Below are positions 1-10,724 of a DNA stretch of 64,000 nt, piece after piece; the first letter of the stretch is position 1, and each line of letters begins with the position of its first letter. The notes below the pieces were generated by a model. The model saw only the letters and a list, made by a program, of their open reading frames with translations, was not told where the DNA came from and did not search any database. Position numbers and translations under genes: made by a program. This stretch comes from Promethearchaeati archaeon. Its GTDB lineage: Archaea; Asgardarchaeota; Heimdallarchaeia; Heimdallarchaeales; Heimdallarchaeaceae. The DNA is taken from the NCBI GenBank assembly GCA_013166775.1, contig JABLTJ010000003.1, positions 149,950 through 213,949 of the forward strand, read 5' to 3'.

Positions 1-477
1 AACATGTATTCATATTACGGTCCGAAAACAGTCACCAACACGTATGGATGCGCAATTCTTTCAAAATTTCCTATATCAAATGCGGAATCATTTTTCATGT
101 TCAGTGATGAAGAACAAATAGGTTCATCACAAGTTCAGATTACTGTAGGTAGTTCTATCTTCAATGTATTTGTAAATCATCCTTCAGGGGACGAAGACAT
201 AACCACTGTTTATCAACAGCAAGAGATTTTGAGCAGGACAATAGGTCTTTCAAACATCATTTTTATGGGTGATTTCAATTTTAGACCTTATTCACAGGAA
301 TACAATCTGACTTTAGATGCAGGATTAGAAGATTCTTGGTCTCTAAAATGGGGAATACCTGCGGATGATAGAATAGATCACATCTTTCTTAGTACAGGAA
401 GAATAGTTCTTGGTGCACAGTATATTGAAGAAGGACAATCTGATCATCCCGCATATTGGATAGAAATGCAACTGTAG
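1..477 (+). CDS. Endonuclease/exonuclease/phosphatase (EEP) domain, C-terminal part; CWH43/PGAP2IP-like; probably 5'-truncated by the window edge
   Basis: YGPKT..TYGCAILSKFPI, IFMGDFN, RIDHIF and SDH motifs; the frame is open from position 1. Confidence 0.85.
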   Translation, partial: NMYSYYGPKTVTNTYGCAILSKFPISNAESFFMFSDEEQIGSSQVQITVGSSIFNVFVNHPSGDEDITTVYQQQEILSRTIGLSNIIFMGDFNFRPYSQEYNLTLDAGLEDSWSLKWGIPADDRIDHIFLSTGRIVLGAQYIEEGQSDHPAYWIEMQL

Positions 478-525
478 GTCTAATCACCTACTTTCTTCTT
501 ATTTTTTGTTAGCAAAATTTGTGCT

Positions 526-551
526 TAATCCTTTTAAGTGTCTAAGGATTA
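526..551. promoter_or_regulatory. Inverted repeat TAATCCTT-N10-AAGGATTA straddling a TATA-like TTTTAAGT upstream of a GNAT gene
   Basis: Perfect 8-bp arms read from the sequence, about 30 bp before the GTG start. Confidence 0.4.
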
Positions 552-581
552 TTTCTGCTGTAAATTTGAGGAAGAGATAAT

Positions 582-1082
582 GTGGATTTTATAATTCGAA
601 CTATGAAGAAGAACGACTCTTCAGATAAGGAGTTTTTTGACTATACGAATTTCGAATCTTATAAAACAACGTTAAAGGATTCAGAAAAATACTCAGAAGA
701 AGAGTTACATAAGAAATTTCAGCAATTTGAAGAAGATGATCCATTAGATATCAATGAATCAAAACACTCTGTTTTCATTTTGGAAACATATAATGGAATA
801 AAAGTAGGTTTAATTTGGATAACTAATCGAGAACCATTTTGGAGATTCAACGATCAACTTGCATGGATTTACAATTTACATACTATTCCTGAGTTCAGAA
901 AACAAGGATTAGCGAGGTTATTAATGATTAGAGCAGAAGAATGGGCAGTTGATCAAAATTTGAATTCAATTGCATTGCATGTGTTGAATGATAATACATT
1001 TGCAAGAAATTTGTATGAATCTTTGGGATATGAGTTAGTGGTAACTCACAATACAAGTTGTTTTTATGAGAAAAAAGTGTAA
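582..1082 (+). CDS. GNAT family N-acetyltransferase
   Basis: PEFRKQGLARLL acetyl-CoA motif A; N..ARNLYESLGY motif B; GAGGA RBS. Confidence 0.9.
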   Translation: MDFIIRTMKKNDSSDKEFFDYTNFESYKTTLKDSEKYSEEELHKKFQQFEEDDPLDINESKHSVFILETYNGIKVGLIWITNREPFWRFNDQLAWIYNLHTIPEFRKQGLARLLMIRAEEWAVDQNLNSIALHVLNDNTFARNLYESLGYELVVTHNTSCFYEKKV

Positions 1083-1153
1083 ATACATTGAAATGATTTA
1101 GTTTAATCAAAGCAATCAATAATTCTTTTAAATTCTATTTAACAATGTAACAT

Positions 1154-1933
1154 ATGTCGTTTGATCGTGATATAATTTTGAAACATAGAAGAGTCCTAAG
1201 AGCTTTTGATGAGGATATTGAGAAATTTCCAAAAGGATTCCAAACAGATCAAGAGAAAAAAATCCCCAATCCACCTCTGCAGAAACCTTACCCAAAAGAT
1301 GCGAAAATCTTAGATTTAGTAGAAATCGATGATATTAAATGTGGTAAAGAAATTCCATTATTCTTTACTTTGGAAATGAGAAGAAGTCATAGAACCTTTA
1401 CTGATACTCCTTTAACATTTGAAGAGTTTTCATTTCTTCTGTGGTCAACTCAAGGAGTACATGAAGTTACCAAACATCATGGTGCAGGAACAAAGAGGGT
1501 TGTACCAAGTGGTGGTGCTAGACATCCATATGAAACATATTTAATCGTCAAACATGTAAAAGGACTAAATCCGGGCTTATATAGATATCTTGCAACTGAG
1601 CACAAATTACTCCATCTAAAGAATATAGGTGAGAATGAGCAAGAATTAATTGAAGAAATAGCAAATCAAAAATTTATCCCAAAAGGAGCTGTGATTTTCG
1701 TGTGGGCTACAATTCCTTATAGAATGGAGTGGAGATACTCTATCATGTCTAATAAGGTGATTGCAATTGAAGCAGGACACATATGTCAGAATTTGTATTT
1801 AGCTTGTGAAGCATTGGGATTAGGAACATGTGCAATTGGAGCTTACAATCAAGAAATAGTTGATACTCTGTTTGATTTAGATGGAGAAGATGAATTTACA
1901 GTCTACTTAGCACCAGTAGGAAAACTGAACTAA
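1154..1933 (+). CDS. SagB/ThcOx-type nitroreductase-family dehydrogenase
   Basis: RRSHR, R.VPSGGARHPYE, EAGHICQNLYL and LGLGTCAIGAY motifs. Confidence 0.9.
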   Translation: MSFDRDIILKHRRVLRAFDEDIEKFPKGFQTDQEKKIPNPPLQKPYPKDAKILDLVEIDDIKCGKEIPLFFTLEMRRSHRTFTDTPLTFEEFSFLLWSTQGVHEVTKHHGAGTKRVVPSGGARHPYETYLIVKHVKGLNPGLYRYLATEHKLLHLKNIGENEQELIEEIANQKFIPKGAVIFVWATIPYRMEWRYSIMSNKVIAIEAGHICQNLYLACEALGLGTCAIGAYNQEIVDTLFDLDGEDEFTVYLAPVGKLN

Positions 1934-1947
1934 ACCTGAAATTTATT

Positions 1948-2532
1948 CTAGTTGTATGCTTCCTTGTTTTCTTCCCACCATTCTATCCAATCTTTTCTAA
2001 GTTTATCTCTATTGTTTTTTGAAACTCCACCAACAAAACTCCAGAAAGGATCATCAAAGATTCGACGCAAAAGAACAATTTGTCCAGTATGCCCCATAAA
2101 ATGCAAAGTGATTCGTTGCATCATGTGCTTCAAATTTTCATTATTGTCTGGGATTTTAATTCTGTGAAAATCTTCATCAGTTAGAATTTTGAGTTTTCCA
2201 AAGAATTCTTCAGAGATAGATAAATAAATATCGATCAAATCATTAAAAGAAAATGGAAATTGTTCTATTTCGTCTTTTGAAACTCCATAAGCGTGATACT
2301 TCCGTTGTTTATCTGTTAGCTTTCTTTCTTTACTAAACACTGAAAGATATAAATCCATATGAGATATACAATGACCAATTATCCAAGCAATATGATTAAC
2401 ATCATCATGAAATTGTTGAGTAACTATCTCGGATTTGATTCCTTTGAAAGATTGAAGAAAATTGATTTCAGCAATCTCAAATGTTTCAATTAACACTTCT
2501 TTTGAGCTCAATATTTTATTTGCTGCTACCAT
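1948..2532 (-). CDS. DinB family protein
   Basis: NHIAWIIGH and LHFMGHTGQI His motifs. Confidence 0.85.
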   Translation of the reverse strand: MVAANKILSSKEVLIETFEIAEINFLQSFKGIKSEIVTQQFHDDVNHIAWIIGHCISHMDLYLSVFSKERKLTDKQRKYHAYGVSKDEIEQFPFSFNDLIDIYLSISEEFFGKLKILTDEDFHRIKIPDNNENLKHMMQRITLHFMGHTGQIVLLRRIFDDPFWSFVGGVSKNNRDKLRKDWIEWWEENKEAYN

Positions 2533-2656
2533 AGTAAATCGACCTTAAGATTAAGCTGTTCAGGGAATTAAAAACATTATGCGATTCTGAAACAGTCTAT
2601 TACTACGTAACACTTATTTAATCTGATACTTTATCAATTAGTTAGAATAATGATAA

Positions 2657-3622
2657 GTGGTTTCAATGAATAAGAGAAATATTTGTATTATAAGCACCAG
2701 TATTCTATTTCTGCTAGTACTGGTTAACATTCCTGCATTAAATGCTGTAACCTATGAAAGAGGTTGGAAAGTTGGTACTGCAATGGAGTACTCTTGGGAA
2801 GGTATAGAACGGGATTCTGTTGAAGCAACTAATGACACGACTTATGTGATTTATGAATTCAAGATGCAAGCCCTGGTGAGAATAAATATTACAGAGATAG
2901 ATGAATTAAACAAAGAGGTTACAGAAGTCCAAACTGTAGTTGGAGGTTATTCAGGTGAATCTGTTAAGGATTTCGACGCAGATTATATAAGCAATGAGTT
3001 AGCTAGCAGTCTATTTGATTTCTACTATTACTGGGATTATAACTTCAATCGAGCAATATTAACATCTTTTAGTATTGGTTTGTATGGCTTTTTACCCAAC
3101 TTTCTGGAACCGGATTGGACAACATTCAATGAAAATTTCGTTACAATTATAGATGAAAATCAAACAATCGCAGCAATTGATACAGGTTATGAGATTCAAT
3201 ATATCTATCTAAGTGACTTTCTAGAAAAAGTCTCATTTCTCATAAATGGAAAAGAAAATCTTATTGAAGCTAAGAATTCTTTTACTTCAGATACTTCAAA
3301 ATGGATTTTTGTGTTCGAAGTATCAGAATATATCTTAGACCGTGATTACAATTATGATGAAGATATTTATGAGTATTTTGAATATGATAAGTATGAAGTG
3401 AAATTTGAACTGGAATATACTAAAGGTGGTATACTAACTGAAATGAGAATTAGTAGTTATTCTTCAATCACAAAGGATAATGTAAAACATATTTATGAAG
3501 AATATTATTCGTTTGTAGAAGGGGACAAAGGAACATCTTCGATAAGTTACAATTTGCTTTCAGCACTTGTTGTGTTAGTCTTACTACCTGTACTATTACA
3601 TTTCAAACGAAAAAAGAACTGA
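2657..3622 (+). CDS. Secreted acidic protein with C-terminal TM anchor and basic tail (choice-of-anchor type)
   Basis: N-terminal signal peptide; C-terminus TSSISYNLLSALVVLVLLPVLLHFKRKKN. Confidence 0.7.
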   Translation: MVSMNKRNICIISTSILFLLVLVNIPALNAVTYERGWKVGTAMEYSWEGIERDSVEATNDTTYVIYEFKMQALVRINITEIDELNKEVTEVQTVVGGYSGESVKDFDADYISNELASSLFDFYYYWDYNFNRAILTSFSIGLYGFLPNFLEPDWTTFNENFVTIIDENQTIAAIDTGYEIQYIYLSDFLEKVSFLINGKENLIEAKNSFTSDTSKWIFVFEVSEYILDRDYNYDEDIYEYFEYDKYEVKFELEYTKGGILTEMRISSYSSITKDNVKHIYEEYYSFVEGDKGTSSISYNLLSALVVLVLLPVLLHFKRKKN

Positions 3623-3641
3623 GATGATAGAATTTCCTCTT

Positions 3642-4811
3642 CTACTTCTCTTTTTCGAATTCTTCTTTTGCTTTTGCTAGAAGCTCTGGTTTTGTAAAAA
3701 CATCCAATGCAGTCATTGCAAGAGCTTTCGCAGCTACTACCATCCTATTCTGACCAAATTCAGATATTGATGCGGCTGTAAAATCCTTTGAATGACCATT
3801 GATTTCAGTTTCACTTATACCAATGTAAGGGTGAATTGTTGGAACTTCATGACTTACATTACCAATATCACTTGATCCTAAACCGCTTCCTGGAGGAATT
3901 GGTCGTATTGGAATCTCTAGCGTTTTTAGATTTTCAAGAAAAGCTTCACCAAGGGTTCGATTGACATTTCTTGATCTATATGAGTGCCCCATTCTTTCAA
4001 ATTTAAGTTTCGCACCTGTACTCAGAGCTGCACCTTTAGCACATTTTTCCACCTTGTTTACGAGTTCTTGACAATAATTATCATCCAAAGCTCTCACATA
4101 GAATGAAGCTGATGCATAATCTGGGACTATGTTTGGTTTAACTCCTCCATGACTTATAATCCCATGAATTCTTGCATCACTAGGGATATGTTGTCTAAGA
4201 GCACTTATAGAGTTGAAGGTTTGAATAACTGCATCCAATGCATTGATGCCTTTTTCTGGTTGAGAAGAAGCATGAGCTGATTTACCAAAAAATTCCATTT
4301 TAACCTCTACTATCGCAAGTCCACCTCTCCCAACCATATTGTAAATTGAAGAAGGATGAAACATCATCGCAGCGTCTACATTCTTAAAGAGACCTGCATT
4401 AATCATATAGATTTTTCCTCCTCCTCCTTCTTCAGCAGGTGTTCCCATAAAGATAAGTTTACCAGGAATCTCAGATTTTAGTGATCCGATAGCTAAACTC
4501 GCTCCAAGTGCAGCGGTAGCAATCAAATTATGACCACAAGCATGGCCTATTTCAGGGAGAGCGTCATATTCTGCTAGAATAGCTACAACAGGACCTTCAC
4601 TCTCTTTAGGATGTACAGCAAGAATAGCAGTATCCAAATCCGCAACACCTAATTCGACCTTAAATTCAGCTTTTTTGAGCTCATCAGCTAACAGTTTGGA
4701 TGCTTTAAACTCTTCGAAACCTAATTCAGGATTTTCATGTATCTCTTTACTGATTCTAAAAAGGTAATCTTTATTCTCATCTATAAAAGAACAAACTTTA
4801 TCTTTTGACAT
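3642..4811 (-). CDS. M20 family amidohydrolase (PM20D2/AbgB-like)
   Basis: HENPELGFEE, AEYDALP, GHACGHN, GTPAEE and GSSDIGNVS motifs. Confidence 0.92.
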   Translation of the reverse strand: MSKDKVCSFIDENKDYLFRISKEIHENPELGFEEFKASKLLADELKKAEFKVELGVADLDTAILAVHPKESEGPVVAILAEYDALPEIGHACGHNLIATAALGASLAIGSLKSEIPGKLIFMGTPAEEGGGGKIYMINAGLFKNVDAAMMFHPSSIYNMVGRGGLAIVEVKMEFFGKSAHASSQPEKGINALDAVIQTFNSISALRQHIPSDARIHGIISHGGVKPNIVPDYASASFYVRALDDNYCQELVNKVEKCAKGAALSTGAKLKFERMGHSYRSRNVNRTLGEAFLENLKTLEIPIRPIPPGSGLGSSDIGNVSHEVPTIHPYIGISETEINGHSKDFTAASISEFGQNRMVVAAKALAMTALDVFTKPELLAKAKEEFEKEK

Positions 4812-4937
4812 AAAATTTCACATCTACTGAAAAGAATAACATCCTATCTCTATAAAACAATTTCTAAGTCTATTAAGACGAAGTGCATGTTTTTTTCTTG
4901 GAAACATTAATAACTATTCAGCTTTTCTGAATCAATA

Positions 4938-6005
4938 ATGGGAAAACTCAGCTTAATCTCTAATGAAATTTATACAATTTTGATATTAGCTCTGGTTTTA
5001 GGTTTGGATTTTCCTTTAACATCTGCGAATTTATTTACTCTTGATTTTAATGAGACAAATGCCTACAATCATATTTCAACTCAATTAGATTTTGGTTTTA
5101 GGGTTCCAGGAACAGCTTCACATAATAATTGTGCTGATTGGATAGGTGGCCAAATAGGAATCTACACAGATGAGGTAATGATTCATGATTATTCGATTCA
5201 GATTGGAGAACAACCGAGTTATTTCTGCCAAGATATTTTGGGAAAACTAAATACTGAAAAAAACAAAATTGTTATACTTGGAGCACACTGGGATTCAAGA
5301 AATGTTGCTGAGAAAGACACTTACAATCAAAGTCAACCGATACCTGGTGCAAATGATGGTGGATCAGGAGTAGCAGTTCTAATCGAATTAGCTAGAGTTC
5401 TGTCTCTTTACAAAGATAATCTGGATTGTCAAATCTGGTTCCTCTTCATAGATGCAGAAGATCAAGGTTATTCCCGGGGGATGTATGGGTTAGAATACTG
5501 GGATTGGAGTGAAGGCTCAAGAGTATTTGTAGATGATATAGATGAATTCTATGATTCAAGCGCAGAAAACTTCGATAGTTTCATATTGCTTGATATGGTA
5601 GGTGGCTCAAATTTACAGTTTATTAGAGAAGCAAATTCGGATTCAAACTTGCATAATAGAATATTTAGGGAGGGTCAAAAGCTGGGATATAGTAGTGCAT
5701 TTCCTGAAAATCCAACTGTTATGTCAATTATAGACGACCATATTGCTTTCAAGGATTTCGGGATGCCTGTTATTGATTTGATAATCGATTTTGTAAATGG
5801 AGAGTGGGAATACCACCATACTCATTCCGATAATTTGGAAAACATAGATCCTGAGAGTTTGAAGATAACAGGTCAGACAGTAGAATCATATATGAAGAAT
5901 TTCTACACTGTAGGTTTTCCCGTCTGGGCGTATTTTGTTATCATCTTAGGTTCAATAATCCTTGTAATCATTCCTATAGTACTTCTTTTCAGAAAAAGAC
6001 GATAA
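4938..6005 (+). CDS. M28 family peptidase / glutaminyl cyclase-like, membrane anchored
   Basis: AHWDSR, GANDGGSGVA, DAED, DDH and HHT motifs; signal peptide and C-terminal TM helix. Confidence 0.88.
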   Translation: MGKLSLISNEIYTILILALVLGLDFPLTSANLFTLDFNETNAYNHISTQLDFGFRVPGTASHNNCADWIGGQIGIYTDEVMIHDYSIQIGEQPSYFCQDILGKLNTEKNKIVILGAHWDSRNVAEKDTYNQSQPIPGANDGGSGVAVLIELARVLSLYKDNLDCQIWFLFIDAEDQGYSRGMYGLEYWDWSEGSRVFVDDIDEFYDSSAENFDSFILLDMVGGSNLQFIREANSDSNLHNRIFREGQKLGYSSAFPENPTVMSIIDDHIAFKDFGMPVIDLIIDFVNGEWEYHHTHSDNLENIDPESLKITGQTVESYMKNFYTVGFPVWAYFVIILGSIILVIIPIVLLFRKRR

Positions 6006-6063
6006 AAACCTCTTAATTTTTCGTCCATTCAAAATAACTTTTAAACTCAATACAAATCTTTGA

Positions 6064-7890
6064 TTGATTAATTTGACAAAGGAAATTACAATAGAAAAAT
6101 TAGCTTCTATTCCAACCATTATGTTTGTAAAACCAAATAAAGATAAAGATGAATTTGGTTTCTACTGGAATAAAACAAAAAGACAAGAATTCTATACTCT
6201 TAAACCGGAAACATTGGAATACAAGCAGATAACTGACGGTCACCTTCCTAAAGCTATTAGAGCAGGTTATGTGTGGCTAAATGATAAAAAACACATTACC
6301 TATACAAAAGATAAAGATGGTGATGAACAACATAATTTGTATCTTTTTAACCTAGAAACTAAGGAAAGTGTTCAATTAACAGATACTCCAAAAGCTCAGG
6401 AAATTCCTATTACTGTAAGCCCTGAAGGAAATAACTTGCTCTTTCTTTCTACTCGACATGGTCAGTTGAATCATTTCATTTTGAACATTGATACAAAGGA
6501 AGTCAAGCAATTAACTGCTCATGAAAAACCTACTTGGGGAGATGCAGTATGGAGCAAAGATGATTGGATATATTATAATTACAACGATTCCTACAGCATT
6601 AAGAATTCAGATGTCTGGGCAATACGAAGTGATGGAAGTGACATTAAGAAACTCTTCAGCGTATCAAATCAATCAAATGATGAAGTTTTCTCTGTAAATA
6701 AAGATGGAACATTGTTAGCTGTATCTAGCGATTCTATTGGTATTGATCAAGCTGGTGTATTTAATACTAAAACTTTGGAAACAAAATGGTTTGGTAAAGG
6801 AAAGTATGAAGAAAGGGCAGTACAATTTTCACAAGATGGTAAGAAATTGCTTGTTAGCCGCAATCTTGAGGCAGAAGTTAAAACTATTATTTATGATATT
6901 GAGACAGGAATTGCCAAGGAAATTGATGCTGAAGGCTATACAAGTAATATAGGATTCTGTTTAAAGGACAAATACTTGCTTTACACAAGAACAAGTCCAA
7001 AAACTCCAATGATTTTCGTTAGATATGATTTAGAAAAGGACATAGAAGAAATAATTATTCCTCCTCAGACAGAATTCACTGAAGAAGATTTCTATGATGT
7101 AGAATATGTCAAATATCCAACTTTCGATGGACTAGAAATAGCTGCTTGTTTAGGGAAACCAAAACTTGAACCAGGTAAAAAATATCCAGCTCTAGTAAAC
7201 GTACATGGAGGTCCAACCAGTCAATATTACAGAAACTTCAACATCTTTACTCAGGTCTTTGCTCATAATGGTTTTGTAATTCTCCAACCAAATATCAGAG
7301 GTAGTACCGGTTATGGTAAGGAATTTATGGAGTTAAACCTAAAGGATTGGGGTGGAGGTGATGCTAAAGATATAATCTGGGGTAAAAAATATCTAGAGTC
7401 ACTTGATTATGTTGATCCTGAAAGAATTGGTGTTTTTGGCGGATCATATGGTGGATTCTCTACTTTTATACAATTGACAAAATATGCTGATGCAGGATGG
7501 AAAGCAGGTTCAGCTTGGATTGGTATTTCTCATCTCAAGAAGATGTTTGATAAATCACTACCCCATTTCAAATATCTCTTAATTCAACATCTGGGTACTT
7601 ATGATGAGAATAAAGAACTTTGGGAAGATCGTTCTGCATTGAATCATATTGAAAACATAAGTGCCCCTATCCAAATCATTCATGGAGTTCATGATCCAAG
7701 ATGCCCAATAGAAGAAAGCAGGCAATTCAGAGATAAACTCGTTGAAATGGATTGGAAAGAAGGAAAAGAAGGGGACAAAACTTACGAATACTTAGAATTC
7801 GAAGATGAAGGTCATGGTGCATTTTCTGACATCCCAATGAGAATCAGAACTACCAAACTCTTCATTGACTTCTTTCAGAGAAGGCTTTAA
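6064..7890 (+). CDS. S9 family (acylaminoacyl/prolyl oligo-) peptidase
   Basis: Propeller N-terminal domain; VHGGP, RGSTGYG, GGSYGG nucleophile, HGVHDPR and DEGHG motifs. Confidence 0.93.
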   Translation: MINLTKEITIEKLASIPTIMFVKPNKDKDEFGFYWNKTKRQEFYTLKPETLEYKQITDGHLPKAIRAGYVWLNDKKHITYTKDKDGDEQHNLYLFNLETKESVQLTDTPKAQEIPITVSPEGNNLLFLSTRHGQLNHFILNIDTKEVKQLTAHEKPTWGDAVWSKDDWIYYNYNDSYSIKNSDVWAIRSDGSDIKKLFSVSNQSNDEVFSVNKDGTLLAVSSDSIGIDQAGVFNTKTLETKWFGKGKYEERAVQFSQDGKKLLVSRNLEAEVKTIIYDIETGIAKEIDAEGYTSNIGFCLKDKYLLYTRTSPKTPMIFVRYDLEKDIEEIIIPPQTEFTEEDFYDVEYVKYPTFDGLEIAACLGKPKLEPGKKYPALVNVHGGPTSQYYRNFNIFTQVFAHNGFVILQPNIRGSTGYGKEFMELNLKDWGGGDAKDIIWGKKYLESLDYVDPERIGVFGGSYGGFSTFIQLTKYADAGWKAGSAWIGISHLKKMFDKSLPHFKYLLIQHLGTYDENKELWEDRSALNHIENISAPIQIIHGVHDPRCPIEESRQFRDKLVEMDWKEGKEGDKTYEYLEFEDEGHGAFSDIPMRIRTTKLFIDFFQRRL

Positions 7891-7908
7891 AGCCTGCTCC
7901 TTTTTATT

Positions 7909-9384
7909 CTATTTTTTCAAATATCTGTAAGCTATTAGTAGGTAAAGTTTAGTTATATCTCTAAAGGTTTTAATTTCAGCATATTCATTTGCAGTATGTG
8001 CATTTCTTCCACCTGGACCAAGAATGAATATATCTTTCATTCCTGCTTCTCTCATGTTCCCACCATCACTAAAACCTGTCATAAAACCAAATATTGGACT
8101 AGTCTCATAAAGTGCTGTAAAAGCATTCTGCATTAGTTTTCCAAATTCAGAGTTAGGATCTGAAGCTGAACCTTCACCAACAGTTAGAATTGATATTGTT
8201 ATATCGACTGGTTCATCTTTAAATTTCTGAATAGAATGTTGAAGGTTTGTGTATCCCTCTGGAATCTCAATACGATAGTTAAGTTTGGTACAATACTTTA
8301 CTATTGCATCAAAAACTTGTTGAGTAGACAAACCAGGCATTGCTCGAAAATCTACTTCTAATTCACAAGTATCAGGAATAACGTTAGTCTTTACTCCAGC
8401 TTTTATCTGATTGAAGCTGAAAGTTGTATTGTAGAGTATTTTTCCTCTCTTTGTCTTGTCCTTGTCAAGTGGGCTTTTCTCTCCTGTATATGCCACAATC
8501 TTTCTGTAATCAGCGAAACTTACCCTTGATAAAAGCATCTTGATTTGTTGCCATTTAGTAACTGGAGCTTTTCGTTTGGGAAATTTCAAATTGCGTTTTG
8601 CTTTGCTCATGAATCTTACTGCTTTGTTTAGAGCACTGCTTTTAATTTTAGGCCATGACCCGTGTCCAGCTACTCCGTGAAAGATAAATTTCATCCAATG
8701 AGGACCTTTTTCTCCCAAACTTATACCTGGACTAGTTAAAGGAACTCTTACTGTAGGTTCGGAAACAATAGTTGCATCTGCATTCACTACATCGAGATGA
8801 TTTTTTACCATAAAAGCTGAGCCATAAGCACCATGCGTCTCCTCATCTGGAGTAAACCACATTTGTAATTTACCTTTGATTTTTACTTCAGAATCTTTAA
8901 GCAGCTTCATTGCAATCATCTGACAAGCTATTCCTGCTTTCATATCTACAGATCCACGACCATACAGCTTACCTTCTTTAATTACTCCTCCTAAGGGGGG
9001 AGTATCTTCATCCCATTTGTCAGGATTGAAAGGGACAATATCTAGATGACCATTAAACTGGAGAGTTTTACCTGGATCTTCTCCTTCGTATGATGCAATT
9101 AAATTGTAATAGAACTCATTTTTCTTATTACTGAAGAAAGGAGCTTTAAAGAGTTCAGTTTTGAATCCCGCATTATCCATGTAATTTTTTGTAAAATCAA
9201 AAATCTTGTTTATGTTATGATACTGGAATTCAGAATAGTTGAGTGAATTTATTTTTACTAACTCTTGCAAGAGCTCAGCAATTTCTTCTTCTTTATCATC
9301 TACTAAAGCTAGTAATTTCTTCTCCTCTGCTGTTAGAGGTATCTTTGGAGTAATTTTCTTCTCGATTATGTTTATTGCTGTCAC
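7909..9384 (-). CDS. M20 ArgE/DapE family deacylase
   Basis: NGHLDIVP, YGRGSVDMKAG, PDEE, SEPT and AHTANE motifs. Confidence 0.9.
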   Translation of the reverse strand: MTAINIIEKKITPKIPLTAEEKKLLALVDDKEEEIAELLQELVKINSLNYSEFQYHNINKIFDFTKNYMDNAGFKTELFKAPFFSNKKNEFYYNLIASYEGEDPGKTLQFNGHLDIVPFNPDKWDEDTPPLGGVIKEGKLYGRGSVDMKAGIACQMIAMKLLKDSEVKIKGKLQMWFTPDEETHGAYGSAFMVKNHLDVVNADATIVSEPTVRVPLTSPGISLGEKGPHWMKFIFHGVAGHGSWPKIKSSALNKAVRFMSKAKRNLKFPKRKAPVTKWQQIKMLLSRVSFADYRKIVAYTGEKSPLDKDKTKRGKILYNTTFSFNQIKAGVKTNVIPDTCELEVDFRAMPGLSTQQVFDAIVKYCTKLNYRIEIPEGYTNLQHSIQKFKDEPVDITISILTVGEGSASDPNSEFGKLMQNAFTALYETSPIFGFMTGFSDGGNMREAGMKDIFILGPGGRNAHTANEYAEIKTFRDITKLYLLIAYRYLKK

Positions 9385-9450
9385 ATTGTGAAGCTAAAAA
9401 TGTTACTTATTTACTTTTCTCAATATCAGTGAGTTTTAAGCTCATTGTGT

Positions 9451-10624
9451 CTAAATAGAGCAATCACACTCTTTTGTAATTGAAAAAAGTAATTGAATAT
9501 GCAATAATTCAGCTTGTATTCCATTAGAAATCAATATTGCACCCTTACCAGTTGTTGGACTACTAATCATCATACATACTGCACCCAGTACATTTGTCCT
9601 AGGAAGGACAAAAAATATGCCGTTTTTATTTTCAAATAGAATCAAACCTAAGCCCTGCACAGTAAAACCAAACATTTTGATTGGATCTAAGCAAATTCTA
9701 ATGATATCATATGTTTGATTATTTTTTTTGATAAAATTTTCTCGTATTTCCCTTGATATGTTTTAATTAATTCCACAACAAACCTTGCTATACCAGAAGG
9801 AGTTGAAACTAATCCTCCATGACCAAAGACTCCTGAAATAAACCCTAAATCTGTTGCATTACCTTCGTTATCGTGATGAATATCATTCTCTTCCTTAATT
9901 CTTCAGATGGATGTTGGAAAAAACTATTTTACATCTCCAATGGAAGGAAAATCTCTTCTCTGATATAATCGGATAAGCTGTTTCCTGTAATATCTTGTAT
10001 TAATTTTTCAATTATTATATATGTTAAATTTGAGTACTGATGATTAGTTCCAGGTACAAAACAAACCTCAACGGGATCATTCAAAGTTGGTGATTCTCCT
10101 TTGAGAATTTGAATAAGAGTTGGATTTTTCCCTTTTTCACTAATGAACATTGAATCTGGTCTATTTATACCAGCTGTGTGAGTTAATAATTGTCTTAAGG
10201 TAATTTCTTTATCTTCAGTGAAGCTATTTTCTGGAATCTTCCAATCTTTAAGCTTAGTATTTACGTTTTCATCTAAATCAATCAATCCATTTGTAGCGAG
10301 TTGAAGAGCGGTAACTGCTATGATAGTTTTTGAAGTAGAACCTGCTTCAAATAAGGTATCAAATGAGATACTCTTATCTTCTCATGGATCTACAATTCCA
10401 TAGTTTTTTTCCCATTCTATCTTAGAATCGTTGATTAATGAAATACTCAAGCCTAGAACGTTATATGCTGCCAATAGATTTTGTAGGTTTGATTTTTCTT
10501 CCCAGTTAGGTGAAGGAATTCCTTCTTTAAAACTAGCTTGAGGAATAGATGATTCAATCCTTTTAATACGTTCTTGTATCTCATCTATTTGGTTTCCGTA
10601 AATATTTGTTTGATTTTTCTTCAT
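9451..10624 (-). pseudogene. Disrupted serine hydrolase (beta-lactamase-like/PBP family)
   Basis: In-frame TGA (10382-10384) lies just before FEAGSTSK (SxxK); LLTHTAG and YSN follow; in-frame TAA at 9929-9931; further frameshifts near 9875 and 9690. Confidence 0.85.
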
Positions 10625-10724
10625 TTGAATGCTTTCATTAATGATACTCTATGTTCAATTCTCATATGTAGATATTACTATATGCAAAATACAAAAGAGA
10701 ATTTGAGTTCATCTCTTCTTAAAA

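Noticed and set aside
1154-1933. RiPP (azole) biosynthetic cluster suggested by the SagB-type dehydrogenase
   Set aside because: There is no YcaO, E1-like protein or precursor peptide nearby; standalone copies are common.
10382-10384. In-frame TGA in the serine hydrolase as selenocysteine or stop-codon recoding
   Set aside because: It is not at a Cys or catalytic position, and the same gene also has a TAA and frameshifts, so this is ordinary decay. TGA ends many intact genes here.
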